From Octopus vulgaris (taxonomy: Eukaryota): 64,000 nucleotides of DNA. Below are positions 26,501 to 39,043 of the stretch, in pieces. The first letter of the stretch is position 1. Each line of letters opens with the position of its first letter. Position numbers and translations under genes: made by a program. The notes beneath the pieces were generated by a model. It was given only the letters and a program-made list of their open reading frames with translations. It was not told where the DNA came from and made no database searches. Where the stretch lies: positions 1,736,001-1,800,000 of the forward strand of contig OX597834.1 of assembly GCA_951406725.2 (NCBI GenBank). Direction: 5' to 3'.

Positions 26501-27858
26501 AATAATAATGAAAGCAGCCAAGTTATATGAGTCGAAGCAGATCCAATGACTGTAAAAGCGTAAAAAGACTCGCGTTCATTTTAGAAAAATTCCCAATTTT
26601 CGCCATTCAGGAAAAAAGAAAGAGGCTTTTTGTTCATTAAAAGCATATAATATTTAAAATAATCTGACATCACATTACATAAATAGTTTAGCTAATGTTC
26701 ATGTATATATTATTATTGTTATTCTGGTGATGATGATGAAGGAGCCGGGTAATTTCCTATTTTAAATTCGTAAAATCGAATCAGTTTTATTTTCAATTTC
26801 ATGATTAGCAATGCTTTGTGGGTGGACTCCTTGCTTTCTCTTGGTTTTATTGGGCATCCCAAGGAAATGTTTACAGATCAGCAGGTAATCAATGAAAGGC
26901 ACACAATAGCTCCATTATTCAGTGACTTGTATTTCTTGGTGTGACCGCCATGGATTATTGAAGAATTCTCCTATGTGCAACATGCAGTGGTAAAAACAGT
27001 TAATACCTAGTTTTAACACCCGACCACCAAAACAAAAAAGAAATGTCTAGTAAATGAATCTGAAAACCAAAATTTGCGCATAGAATTTCGGAAAATTCAT
27101 GCGATCCGATTTTTCCCCTCATAGCTTTTTGGAAAATGGATATCTTTCAATGAAATTTTATATAAATATCTTTCAAACGACGTAAAATTTGATTATAAAG
27201 AAATTTGTGTGGGAAATTTTTTCCAGATTGGGGGTGAGGAGTGGAGTTCCGTCAAGAAGACCACATAAGTTGGAATTTCTCCGTTTTGAGGGCGATTTTT
27301 CCGATTGTTTCCCCACCCCACCCCACCCCCCAACTTTCGAAATGATGGGGAGCATCTTTCTATGAAAAAAAGGTTTGGAAAATTTTATTTTTTCTCCCCT
27401 GCCCCCCTAATGGATGATACCACTGGACCACGCGCCTGTTCCATTGGTCGGATATATAAGTAAGCATCAACAAAAAAATGGTAATTTAAATCTTTACGCC
27501 GACCTTAATTTAGTGCGGCCGTGTGTGTGTGTGTGTGTCAAAAAAAAAGGTAAATTTTGAGATTAACACCAGCACGAATTTCACTAAGAAAGAAAATACC
27601 TCGGATTTTATTGCGTGGAATCAAGTACCCTGACCTAATATGCTGCAAATCCCTTATTTTGGTTCGGTAAAAGGGGGTGGGAAACCGGATCCTCCCCCCC
27701 CCATCCCGGAATCATTGGAATTTTTTAAATTCCAATGACTTCCTAATAAGCTACAAAACCCATTTTGGGTCCGGAAAACGGGGCAGGATGAGGCGGAAAT
27801 TTTACCCACTTCCCAACATTTTACAGAAATAAATTTTCCAGACTGAATTACATTTATT

Positions 27859-28592
27859 GGATCTTTTCCTTTTGAACGGCAGTTTGCAACACAATTTCTA
27901 GTTAACTAAACACTTTTAAACAACGTATACTAGTAGAATGTGTTTATAAAACATTTTTTCTTGGCTTTATTGAGAAAATTCTATAGTTTGTAAGATATTT
28001 TCACTTTAAAATCGAGTATTTCGGCAATTTTAACCAATCGCTGGAGTCCATTTGGGGTGAAAACATTCCGTGCTGTATGAATATGTCCCTCGTTTAAGAA
28101 ACAGATTGGGTTTATTTACATTTGTGAAGAAAAAAGATACCCTTCCCTCACCCCTAACCCTAAATCTAAAATAGATTGAAATGCAATAGATCGATACTAG
28201 GGTTATAATTATTGGTGACAATTTCATACGACACTGCTACGGAAAATGGGATTATTTTCTAGCGGTGTCAAATAAAAATGTCACCCATAATTATAACTAT
28301 TGCATTTCAATCTGTTTTAGGGGTGGGGGAAGGGTATCTTTTTTTCTTCGCAAATGTAAATAAACCCAATCTGTTTCTTAAACGAGGGACATATTCATAC
28401 AGCACGGAATGTTTTCACCCCAAATGGACTCCAGCGATTGGTTAAAATTGCCGAAATACTCAATTTTAAAGTAGAAATATCTTACCAACTATAGAATTTT
28501 CTCAATAGAGCCAAGAAAAAATGATGTTTTATAAACACATTCTACCAGTATACGAAGTTTAAAAGTGTTTGCCGTTCAAAAGGAAAAGATCC
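27859..28592. mobile_element. Foldback (head-to-head) MITE of the same TIR family
   Basis: ggatcttttccttttgaacggca...tgccgttcaaaaggaaaagatcc; the two halves are largely reverse complements of each other. Confidence 0.8.
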
Positions 28593-28964
28593 AAATTCTA
28601 TAATTTGTAAGATATTTGTGGGATCTTTTCTTGAATTTCTGCAATTTCAGCCAATCACTGATATCTATAGAGGTAAAAAACATTCTGTGCCGTATAAATA
28701 TGTCCCTCGTTTTAGAAACAGATTGGGTTTATTTACGTTAGATTGAAATGCAATAGATCGATACTAGGGTCATAATTATGGGTGACAACTTCATCTGACA
28801 CCGCTAGAAAAAACTGCCGTTCAAACCGAAAAGATCGATATATATATATATATAAATTACAAAGTGGGACAAGAACGCAAAAACACAAAGAGACGACACA
28901 AAAAAAAAAAACAGACGGGTCACTCGAAGCCTCTAATCTTCAGTCGGAACCAGATCATATATTA

Positions 28965-29657
28965 TCTCTCTATATATAAACGGCAAAATGTCTGTGTGTG
29001 TGTCCTTTATACAAATCCACAATTCTTCAGTTAGAGGGCTCGCACTTTCTATGGTTATTCAAAACCGTCCAAGGGTGGTCGTGCACATCTTTACATTTCC
29101 CCAGTCACCAAAGCCATTAAAAAATCAATAGAAGTGACTTTTTTGTGAATTTTCTATCCAAAACCCAATAAAAATGCCCGAAACTTGATACGCCAATTGA
29201 ATGCCAGCTAGCTGTATGCGATTGGTTGGAGACTTGGACAGCACTCGCGTGTATGTGCGCATGCATGCAGTAGCATTATGACCTGGCATTGGGCATTTTT
29301 ATTGGGTTTTGGATAGAAAATTCACAAAAAAGTCACTTCTATTGATTTTTTAATGGCTTTGCAGGGTGACTGGGGAATTGTAAAGATGTGCATGACCACC
29401 CTTGGACGGTTTTGAATGACCATAGAAAGTGCGAGCCCTCTAACTGAAGAATTGTGGATTTGTATAAAGGACACACACACAGACATTTTGCCGTTCATAT
29501 ATAGAGAGATGACAACAAAAGAATGAATGAGAGACTTCAATATTATGTAAAATCGAGGAATTTATCTTCTATAAATATAATAATATGTGACAATTAGTTG
29601 GTTGTCGTAATAAAACTTGCTTTCGGATACCAGGGCTGAAAGTCTGCTCCGGCATCT

Positions 29658-29711
<54 letters not shown>

Positions 29712-29798
29712 GGGAAAGTTTATGAAAAAAACAAAAGACGAAGACAGGTGGTGTAGAAAACAACACTATGACCCAGTGTTGCCGGGTCATAGTGCTAG
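28965..29798 (+). mobile_element. Non-autonomous Helitron with an internal captured segment
   Basis: A|TCTCTCTATATAT start; 3' hairpin cactatgaccc...gggtcatagtg followed by CTAG|T. Homologous to 31750-32113. Confidence 0.75.
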
Positions 29799-29812
29799 TA
29801 CAAAATATAAAT

Positions 29813-30394
29813 GGGATCTTTTCCTTTTGAACGGCAGACACTTTTAAACTTCGTATACTGGTAGAATGTGTTTATAAAACATCATTTTCTCTTGGTTTTA
29901 TTGAGAAAATTCTATAGCTTGTAAGATATTTCGTCTGAAAATCCGAGCATTTTGGCAATTCTAACCAATCGCTTACCTCCATTCAACTAAAATCATTTGC
30001 TGCGTCTAAAACTGAGACAACATTCTGTAACTAACCCTAAACCTCCCCCCTAACCCTAACCCTATTAATTCCATTGCTTTATTTTTTTTACATGCGTAAC
30101 AAATTAATTTAACAATTAAGGAAAAGAAAATTTAGGGTTAGGGTTAGGGGGGAGGTTTAGGGTTAGTTACAGGATGTTGTCTTAGTTTTAGACGCAGCAA
30201 ATGATTTTAGCTCAATAGAGGGCATAGGATTGGTTAAAATTCGAAAAATTAATCTACGTTAAACAAACAAATTACAATTTTCTCAAGAAAGCCAAGAGAA
30301 AAAATGTTTTATTTTGACACATTCTACCAGTATACAAAGTTTTAAAGTGTTTAGTTAACTAGAAATTGTCTGCCGTTCAAAAGGAAAAGATCCC
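29813..30394. mobile_element. Foldback MITE with telomere-like (TAACCC/GGGTTA) internal motifs
   Basis: TIRs gggatcttttccttttgaacggcag / ctgccgttcaaaaggaaaagatccc with long imperfect inverted arms. Confidence 0.8.
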
Positions 30395-31673
30395 ACATTT
30401 ATACAATAGGGGAAAAAATTTGAAAATTAGATTTTTTCTCTCAACCTCATTCCCTGACTGTTTCTGTCTAGAATTCAAAATCTTGGAGAGTCTGAGGTCA
30501 TTTCTCAGCGATTTTTGAAAAAAATAGGTATGTAAAAGATATTTTTAATAGAATACTTTTCCTGTTAGAAATTTTTTTTCCGGTATTCCTGATCCGAAAA
30601 ACTTCCCTTCTCACCCCAGTCAGGAAAAATTTTCCCCAACAAATTTCTTTAAAATCGTAATCTATGTCGTTTGAAAGGTATTTATATAAAATTTCGTTAA
30701 AAGACATCCATTTCCCATAAAGCTATGAGGGGAAAAACCGGATCTTGTGAATCTTCCAAAATTCCTTTCCCCAATCCTGGTTCGTTTGTGCAAATTTTGA
30801 TTTTCAAATTCATTTACGACACATTTTTTTACACCTATTGCCCTTTTTGTGGTGGGAGGTGCTAAACTAGATATTAACAACGGTAAAATGTGGTACTACA
30901 AATACTTGCAAAAACAAAGGCTGTTGGTTCGAATCCAACCATCTCCATATTTGTACAAAATCATTCTTTTATTATATTGCTCGTCCTACGACTTCTCTTA
31001 GAAAGACATTTTGTGGTGAGGTTCAGCACAACAAGAATGCTCGTGTTGATGCAATTTCTTTCGTAAGTTGACTTTGCGACAGTAAAATAGGAAATGACCA
31101 AGAGACGTTATTATTAAGACCGACTGGATTAAAATTAGTCTTTAGTAATGACTGATTAGGGAGAAAATTAGCTTATGGGGGTGGGTAGCAATTTCGCATA
31201 CAGGATCCTTGTTGGTTTTGGGTTTATATTTTTTAATAGATATTTTTGGAGGAAAGAAACTATGTATTTCCTCAAATAGGGTAGTTTTCTAAACTTTAAT
31301 TTTTGAAGGGTCTGGAAATGAAAAAAAAAAGGCGCCACAATTGTATTTTAGAATTACTTTTTACTGTTTCTTTTAAGTTTTGGTAACAGAAAAAAGTCTT
31401 TGCATATCTGCATAAAATGATGTGCGACTTACTTATTAGAATTGGTAAAATGTTAGAGAAAGTGTAAATATGAAATCTTTATTGCTTTCAAAACTGTTCT
31501 AAACTGGTTTTTAGTGATTCACGCTGTTGGCCGACGTTCATTAAATAAAAAGAAAAATAAATCGATTTTCATTTTATTTCGAATATTTACAAATATTGAG
31601 TTGAAATGTAACTATTGACTTAAGGTATGTATATAAAAAATATATGTAATGTGGTATGTGTGTAACACATGTG

Positions 31674-31710
<37 letters not shown>

Positions 31711-31749
31711 ATTATGTAATATATGTGCGTGCTAGTGTTTTATATAATA

Positions 31750-32113
31750 CTAGCACTATGACCCGGCGTTGCCTGGTCATAATGCTACTGCATGCATATA
31801 CAGCTGCATGCATGTGCACATACACGCGAGTACTGTCCAAGTCTCCAACCAATCGCATACAGCTAGCTGGCATTCAATTGGCGTATCAAGTTTTGGGCAT
31901 TTTGTTTGGGTTTTGGATAGAAAATTCACAAAAAAGTCACTTCTATTGATTTTTTAATGGCTTTGCAGGGTGACTGGGGAATTGTAAAGATGTGTACGAC
32001 CACCCTTGGACGGTTTTGAATGACCATAGAAAGTGCGAGCCCTCTAACTGAAGAATTGTGGATTTGTATAAAGGACACACACACAGACATTTTGCCGTTC
32101 ATATATAGAGAGA
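31750..32113 (-). mobile_element. Complete non-autonomous Helitron (364 bp)
   Basis: On the minus strand: inserted between A and T, 5'-TC start, 3'-CTAG end, terminal hairpin at about 31753-31785. Confidence 0.8.
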
Positions 32114-32268
32114 TGACAACAAAAGAATGAATGAGAGACTTCAATATTATGTAAAATCGAGGAATTTATCTTCTATAAATATAATAATATGTGACAATTA
32201 ATTGGTTGTTGTAATAAAACTTGGTTTCGGATACCGGGGCTGAAAGTCTGCTCCGGCATCTCATATAT

Positions 32269-32308
<40 letters not shown>

Positions 32309-32309
<1 letters not shown>

Positions 32310-33719
32310 GGGAAAGTTTACGAAAAAACAAAAGACGAAGACAGGTGGTGTAGAAAACAAACAGATGTATTAGTATAACGCTCAGGAATAGAAAAAGTCT
32401 TTTACGTTTCGAGCCTACGCTCTTCTACAGAAAGGGACACAGACAAAAACAAGGAGAGAAAAAAATGTGTGTAGTGGTTAACGATCTATCATGGCAACTA
32501 GTGCTGGACAGGAGAGGGAAAGTAGGGGAGGTAACAAGGTAAAGATAACCCCCAACACAAAGGTGCATGTGTGTATAAGAGAGTATGTATGTGAAAGAGG
32601 GCTGGTGGTCTGGACGTGTGTGTGTATGTGTAGGTGTGAGGATGGGTGATGTGATGTGTAATGTATGTAGTGTGATGTTGTGGGGTGGGGGGTAAAATAT
32701 TCCTGGTAAATGATTATTTCCATGTAGCCCATTGTTAGGTTCGCAATGACTGGTGCTGCCCTTGTACCCATAGCAATTCCGGATTTTTGACGGTAAAATG
32801 TATCGTCAAACATGAAGTGGTTATTATGTAGGATGAATTCAATTGATTTAGTAATGAATTCTTTACTGATCCTTTTTGGTATTTCTTCCGGAAATTGGTC
32901 CAGCCAGAACTGTATAGTTCTGGCTGGACCAAATTAAAGGAAATTCTAAACATACACCAAATCATTAAAAGCTACAAACAACCTAAATCACTTAAAAAGA
33001 TTCTCACAAAGGCAAAATTGTTTTCTGAAATTACGGGTGCAAAAGTAAAAAAATGTGGTAGACCGAACTGTGCAACATGTCCAAACCTGCTAGAAGGATC
33101 AGAATTCCTCTTCAAAGAGGGACAGAAATTCAAGATCAAATCTAATTTTACTTGTGCCTCTGAAAACATAATGTATGTCATAAAATGCTCGGGCTGCCAG
33201 CAAGACTACGTGGGATCCACGGGACTATCACTCAGACGTAGATGCACACTGCATCGACAACAGATTGCATTCCCAGAATACAGAATGATACCCTTTAGTG
33301 AGCACATTGAGAAATGCGCAAAGCAACTACTACCACAATTTTTAATCTTTCCATTCTACCAATGTGCTATCGGAACACCAACACAAATTAGACTAAACAA
33401 GGAAACATTCTTCATTGAAAAATACAAGCCCAAACTTAACCATTCCAACATACTTATACAGAGAAACTCAGTCCAAAAGAAAGGCAAATAATTTTAAGCG
33501 ATTATCTCCCTTACACCGGAAGAAATCACTTATTATCTAGATCTCCGCTCAACGTAAACATAACGATTTAAGAAATTTGAAAAGCTGAACGCGAAACCAG
33601 TCATTTCTTCTAAACTATGTCATTGTATGAAAACAATTTATAACATTCTTCAGACATATTGACTCAAATATATATTTTTTAACCTTTTAAAACAAGCCTT
33701 CTGTAGTTTTTCCTTTTTA

Positions 33720-33720
<1 letters not shown>
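32309..33720. mobile_element. Rearranged Penelope-like retroelement (Neptune-type): inverted terminal-repeat and RT pieces plus a forward GIY-YIG endonuclease
   Basis: Minus strand about 32700-32914 reads IQFWLDQFPEEIP...NHFMFDDTFYRQKSGIAMGTRAAPVIANLTMGYME (PLE RT). Plus-strand ORF 32895-33491 has CGRPNCATC, NIMYVIKCSGCQQDYVGST and RRRCTLH (Cys-rich linker plus GIY-YIG). Flanked by TA-rich microsatellites. Confidence 0.88.
32399..32434 (-). ncRNA. Minimal hammerhead-like motif with a variant core, in the PLE terminal repeat
   Basis: CTTT-CTGTAGAA-GAGC gtag GCTC-GAAAC-GTA-AAAG; stem III reduced to the loopless palindrome ACGT. Confidence 0.5.
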
Positions 33721-33754
<34 letters not shown>

Positions 33755-34157
33755 TCGAGTGTGTCACATTACACATCCATCGATACTGCCATTTCTCTGA
33801 GGATATGAGCTCCTAGATGACACTTGTTTGCTTTGAAGACCCATTGAGGCAAGTGAGGATCAGAATGAACGATCAATGAAATCGATCAATGGCAGATGTG
33901 TTACAGTGCGGTGGCATGTGAACTTCCGTTTGCGACCGTTCCGCCGCCCCGTTGCCGTTGCCAGCCTCGCCTGCCCTGTTGGCTATCCGTTCGTGGCCGT
34001 TGCAGCTCTGTCTGGCACCAGTGCGTGCACGTAGCCATACCTCAGGGTGGCAGAAGGCTCAGCCGTAGAACACTGCAATTTGACTATGAACCTTCCTATA
34101 TGCAGCATAACGACTAAATGATGATATGATGATATATACATATATATATACACACAT

Positions 34158-34530
34158 ATCTCTTTTACTTGTTTCAGTCATTTGACTGTGGCCATGCTGG
34201 AGCACCGCCTTTAGTCGAATCAAATCGACACCAGGACTTATTCTTTGTAAGCCTAGTACTTATTCTATCGGTCTCTTTTGCTGAACTTCTAAGTTACGGG
34301 GACATAAACACACCAGCATCGGTTGTCAGGTGGGACAAACACAGACACACAAACATATGCACACACATACATATATATGATGGGCTTCTTTCAGTTTCCG
34401 TCTACCAAATCCACTCACAAGGCTTTGGTCGTCCCGAGGCTATAGCAGAAGACACTTGCCCAAGATGCCACACAGTGGGACTGAACCCAGAACCATGTTT
34501 TTAGTAAGCAAGCTACTTACCACAGACAGT
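34158..34530 (-). mobile_element. tRNA-derived SINE (family A)
   Basis: Highly similar to 3927-4372. Confidence 0.85.
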
Positions 34531-34650
34531 ACTATATGAAGTGAAATGCTGTGTGACAGGCTAGGAATAATAGCAGAAGGACTGGAAAGGATAGTAGAAT
34601 CTGAGGCTGGAGGTTAACCATTCAGTATATATATATATATATATACACAC

Positions 34651-34683
<33 letters not shown>

Positions 34684-34708
34684 TATATATATATACACAC
34701 ACATATAT

Positions 34709-34887
34709 ATACGATATAGTGCATATTTATACACATAAGGAATCTACTTGACGTGAATTCAACACATTAGAAAGAACAGCTAGGTTCTGTAAACCACCAA
34801 AGTTACAGAACCTAGCTGTTCTCCCTAATGTGTTGAATCTCACGCTAAGTGGATTCCTTATGTGTTTAAATATACACTATATCGTAT
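34709..34887. repeat. Inverted repeat with ~84-bp arms and a 10-nt spacer
   Basis: ...gaacagctaggttctgtaa accaccaaag ttacagaacctagctgttc...; arms remain complementary out to atacgatatagtg / cactatatcgtat. Confidence 0.9.
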
Positions 34888-35004
34888 GACTAATATATAG
34901 TCTAATTGACTAATTTTTTTTGCACGTTAGACCACTGGAAATGCAAATTTTGATTGAATGTTTTAATTCTAATTAAATTCCAAATTCGCTTTGACATGAT
35001 TAAA

Positions 35005-35369
35005 TACATATATATATATACACACATATATATATACATATATATATATATATACACACATATATATACATACACACACATATATATACACACACATATA
35101 TATATCCACACACATATATCATATATATACACACATATATATATACATATATTTATATATATACACACATATATATACATACACACACATATATATACAC
35201 ACACATATATATATCCACACACATATATCATATATATACACACATATATATATATATATACACACACATATATATATGTACACATATATATATACACACA
35301 TATATATACACATATATATATACACACACACACACATATATACATACATACATATATATATATACACAC

Positions 35370-35416
<47 letters not shown>

Positions 35417-35454
35417 TATATATATATACACACACATGTATATATATACACACA

Positions 35455-35497
<43 letters not shown>

Positions 35498-35590
35498 TAT
35501 ATATACACACACATGTATATATATACACACATATATATACATACATACATATATATATGTGTGTGTGTGTGTGTGTACATATATGTGTAT
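35005..35590. repeat. Compound (TA)/(CA) microsatellite with a ~109-bp higher-order duplication
   Basis: The marker atccacacacatatatcatatatatacacac recurs at about 35104 and 35213. Confidence 0.85.
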
Positions 35591-37608
35591 GTGGCATAAC
35601 TACAGATTCCTGCCCCTCCCCTAAATTGGGATGGTCATAACTTTCAGAAAAATGGATATTTTTTGATGAAATTTTCTACAAATATGTGTTATATCATGTA
35701 GATACAAAGCATTTGGGGTGGGGAGTGTTTTAGAAGCGGGGGGGGGGGGCTGGGGAATTTCGGAAGATTCACCAGGGTCCACTTCAATTCGTCTGAACTT
35801 TCAAGAAAATAAATATTTTTTTAACTGAAATTTTTTACAAACCTCGGACTATGTAGGTTCTGAGAACAGGAATTTTAGGGGAGAGGCAATTGGGGGTTAT
35901 TTTTAAGGACTGTTCCCCAGTCGGGGCTGTTTCAGAACAACTCCATATTTGTTTCATTTTCTCTGTTTTTTGTGCAGCAGACGACAATGAAGCTGTCAGC
36001 AGGAAACTCGTTATGCTAAAAATAGCAGCTAAAGGCTTTAAACGTTTCTAACAGAAAGACATTCAATGGAATAATTTCCCCGTTTGAACTTTTTTTAATT
36101 ACACATATGTGTTTGTGTGAGGACCCTGAGAATAATGCCACCCCTTTGGGCCTTTTTTTTCTCTCCGTTTTGACAGGGATTTTTCTAATTTCATTTTTCA
36201 CTCAGGCCTTCCAGGTGATGTGGTGGTCGTGGGGGACATTTTATGAAAATTTTTTGTCACCTCAGCCCCATACACTTAAAAACCATGAGAGAAGCCTTTT
36301 CGGTATTCCTTTATATCACACACCTTCTCTTGTGAAAATAATTTTTTTTTTAATTAACCGTAAACGCTTCTCTCATCGTTTTTAAGTGTTTATTAAAGGG
36401 GAAAAAATTTTAAATTAGCCGAAATCGGTCTGGAGGGTGGAGAGGAAAAGTTAGACATTAGTGAAAAAAAAATTCGAAAAAAACTCTGCCATTTACTCAT
36501 TTTGCCCCAATTTAGACATAATTTTCTGTAAATGGGAAATTATCAAATTAGATATGATTAATGTGAGAAAAAAATTGATATGGAAAGCAACAGAGAAAAG
36601 AATAGAAATTGTTAAAACAGGAAAAATTATCCAAATATTTGATTTGCAACTTAAATTAGAATCGAGTCGAACGAATTTGAGGGAAAATGTCTTGAAAGGA
36701 AAGAAGATTCCTTTGTTGTAATTTCAAATGTTTTTACGAATTGGAATTGTACAAAATGACGAAAAATTATAGAAGAAAGAAAAAGTTTCCATTTAATTTT
36801 TTAAAATGACATTTAAGGATTTATAAAGCTAAATTTATAAAGCATTTATGAAGCTAAATTCAAACTTCATATTTAAGAATATTTCTGACTTGTTTCGTTC
36901 AGTTTTCGCTGCTTCACAGAAATAATGGAGTTTTATACAAAACACCAAAATGTTTGTGTGTTTGCGCCTTTAAATTGAGTTTCTTTCTGTTAAATTATTT
37001 CTTCAAAATGAAAACTAAGTTTTGCTAAAAGAAAAAAAAAACGAAAAATTCTTGTGTACGCCATGATTTTTTAAAAATGTGTTTTGTTCTGCAAATTGAA
37101 GAAGGAGATGTCCTTTGTTCTGCAAATTGAGCAAAATCTTTAAACTTTCAACTGGGGTATCTCTTCCGCCACATAAACTTGATAAAATATGACGGGAACA
37201 ATTAGAAGAGGTGCCATAAATTTGTCGATATTTGGTGCTCAGCCTGCGCCCAAATGGCTTCCACATGACTTGAGGGAACACCTGAGGTTTCTTCAACAAA
37301 TTATACAGAATGGTTCATTGATAAACGTTGGAAACCTCTGTTTTTGCAAATTACAGTACGCCACCTATTCGTCGGTCAAAAATTATGCTTTCTGGACAAA
37401 CATGTTGCTGGATAATTAATTCCAAGGTATCCATGCTGAAAGGAAGCAGTTGGTGGGATTGTCCATGACACGGAAATGTCATTGGAATGCGCCTCCCACC
37501 GGGATTTCCGGAGCGTCAATGGCGACCAACGACACCAGTGCCACCAATCGTAACCAAATTGTTAATAAGGTTTTCTGCTAAAATGTCTCGGCAGAAATTA
37601 ACCCAATA

Positions 37609-38000
37609 GGTGCAGGAGTGGCTGTGTGGTAAGTAGCTTGCTAACCAACCACATGGTTCCGGGTTCAGTCCCACTGCGTGGCATCTTGGGCAAGTGTCTT
37701 CTGCTATAGCCCCAGGCCGACCAATGCCTTGTGAGTGAATTTGGTAGATAGAAACTGAAAGAAGCCTGTCGTATATATGTATATATATATATATATATAT
37801 ATTTGTGTGTCTGTGTTTGACCCCTAACATTGCTTGACAACCGATGCTGGTGTGTTTACGTCCCCGTCACTTAGCGGTTCGGCAAAAGAGACCGATAGAA
37901 TAAGTACTAGGTTTACAAAGAATAAGTCCCAGGGTCGATTTGCTCGACTAAAGGCAGTGCTCCAGCATGGCCGCAATCAAATGACTGAAACAAGTAAAGA
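37609..38000 (+). mobile_element. Full-length tRNA-derived SINE (family A)
   Basis: A-box-like TGGCTGTGTGG, B-box-like GGTTCAGTCCC, internal (TA)n and tail gactgaaacaagtaaagag. Confidence 0.88.
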
Positions 38001-38073
38001 GAGAGAGTAATCCACCACAGTGGACCAACTTGCAATATTAAGTTCACGCATCATTGCTTTTAGTGGTTCGCCA

Positions 38074-38123
38074 ATGGACCACCAATACAGATGGACCACC
38101 AATACAATGGACCACCAATACAG
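38074..38123. repeat. Three tandem copies of atggaccaccaataca(g)
   Basis: Directly visible 16-17 bp unit. Confidence 0.9.
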
Positions 38124-39043
38124 AAGTTGCAGTATTATATCTATGGATGGGTGGTGGCCATTAGAGAAAAACAATCCGTTTCTTATGGCGCTTCCGACAT
38201 GGCCGAGCAGTAGTGCACTTCCAAGTATATCCATTTCGGAGCTGCAATGATTTAACAAAGGAAAAATTGCGGCCACACTCACAGACATGAGCTTGAGCTG
38301 AAAGTCCATATCTTTTGTAAGCAGTCAGTCAGCCAGTCATGGTCAGGGCATATTGGAAACATGTCTGATAAGTGAAATGGAGGACATTGCACGATATCCA
38401 TGTCAAAATTCAAAAATGAGAAGCTGGGCACAAAAGAAGATGATGGTTTCAATCAAAAATTAGAAGAGAATAAAAGCTGGACAACAACAGAAGCTGTTTC
38501 AATTCCGGGGCCAATGCAGTTTTCACATCTCCCCTTCAAAAATGCCTTTTTTTTTTTTTTTCCGCATTCCTATGTTCTAGATGTCAGAGATTACGAATAT
38601 GGAAAACATTTTTTTAAAATTTAATTTAATTCCCCAATCCCAATTCAAATTATTGATTTTTTTACTTTAAAAAGATTGTGACGAATCGAAATTAAATACA
38701 AAAACATTGAAGTGAAAAGAATTTGCATTTTGCTTGTTTTTGCCTTAAATAATCGTAAATAATGACTGAATGTAAATTAAATATACACCATTTTATGAGA
38801 AACACTGTTTAATAATAGAAATATTAAAATAACTAAGTCTCTCTAAAAGAGAACAGCGGCAGCGTTCCCGGAAAATAATAGTTATCGCCATACTAATATG
38901 GCATTCTTATAAAAATAAGAAAAAAGCTGTCCGCTTATTAGCTCCATGAGGCCATCGCCTTAAGTTAGCTATTTGATACACAAACTGTATCCATATAACC
39001 TTCGAACAAGGGAGGTCAGTCGCACCACACTACTTGACCGGCA

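Noticed and set aside
37609-37690. tRNA-like A/B boxes
   Set aside because: SINE head; no complete cloverleaf, so not called a tRNA gene.
38074-38123. Short direct repeats, and the ~60-bp repeats at about 57500-57730, superficially like a CRISPR array
   Set aside because: No unique spacers, degenerate units, eukaryotic context and no cas genes.
38330-38530. Possible decayed transposase motifs (SHG..., IPG.MQFSH) inside the 35593-39832 element
   Set aside because: Too degenerate to assign a family without a profile search.
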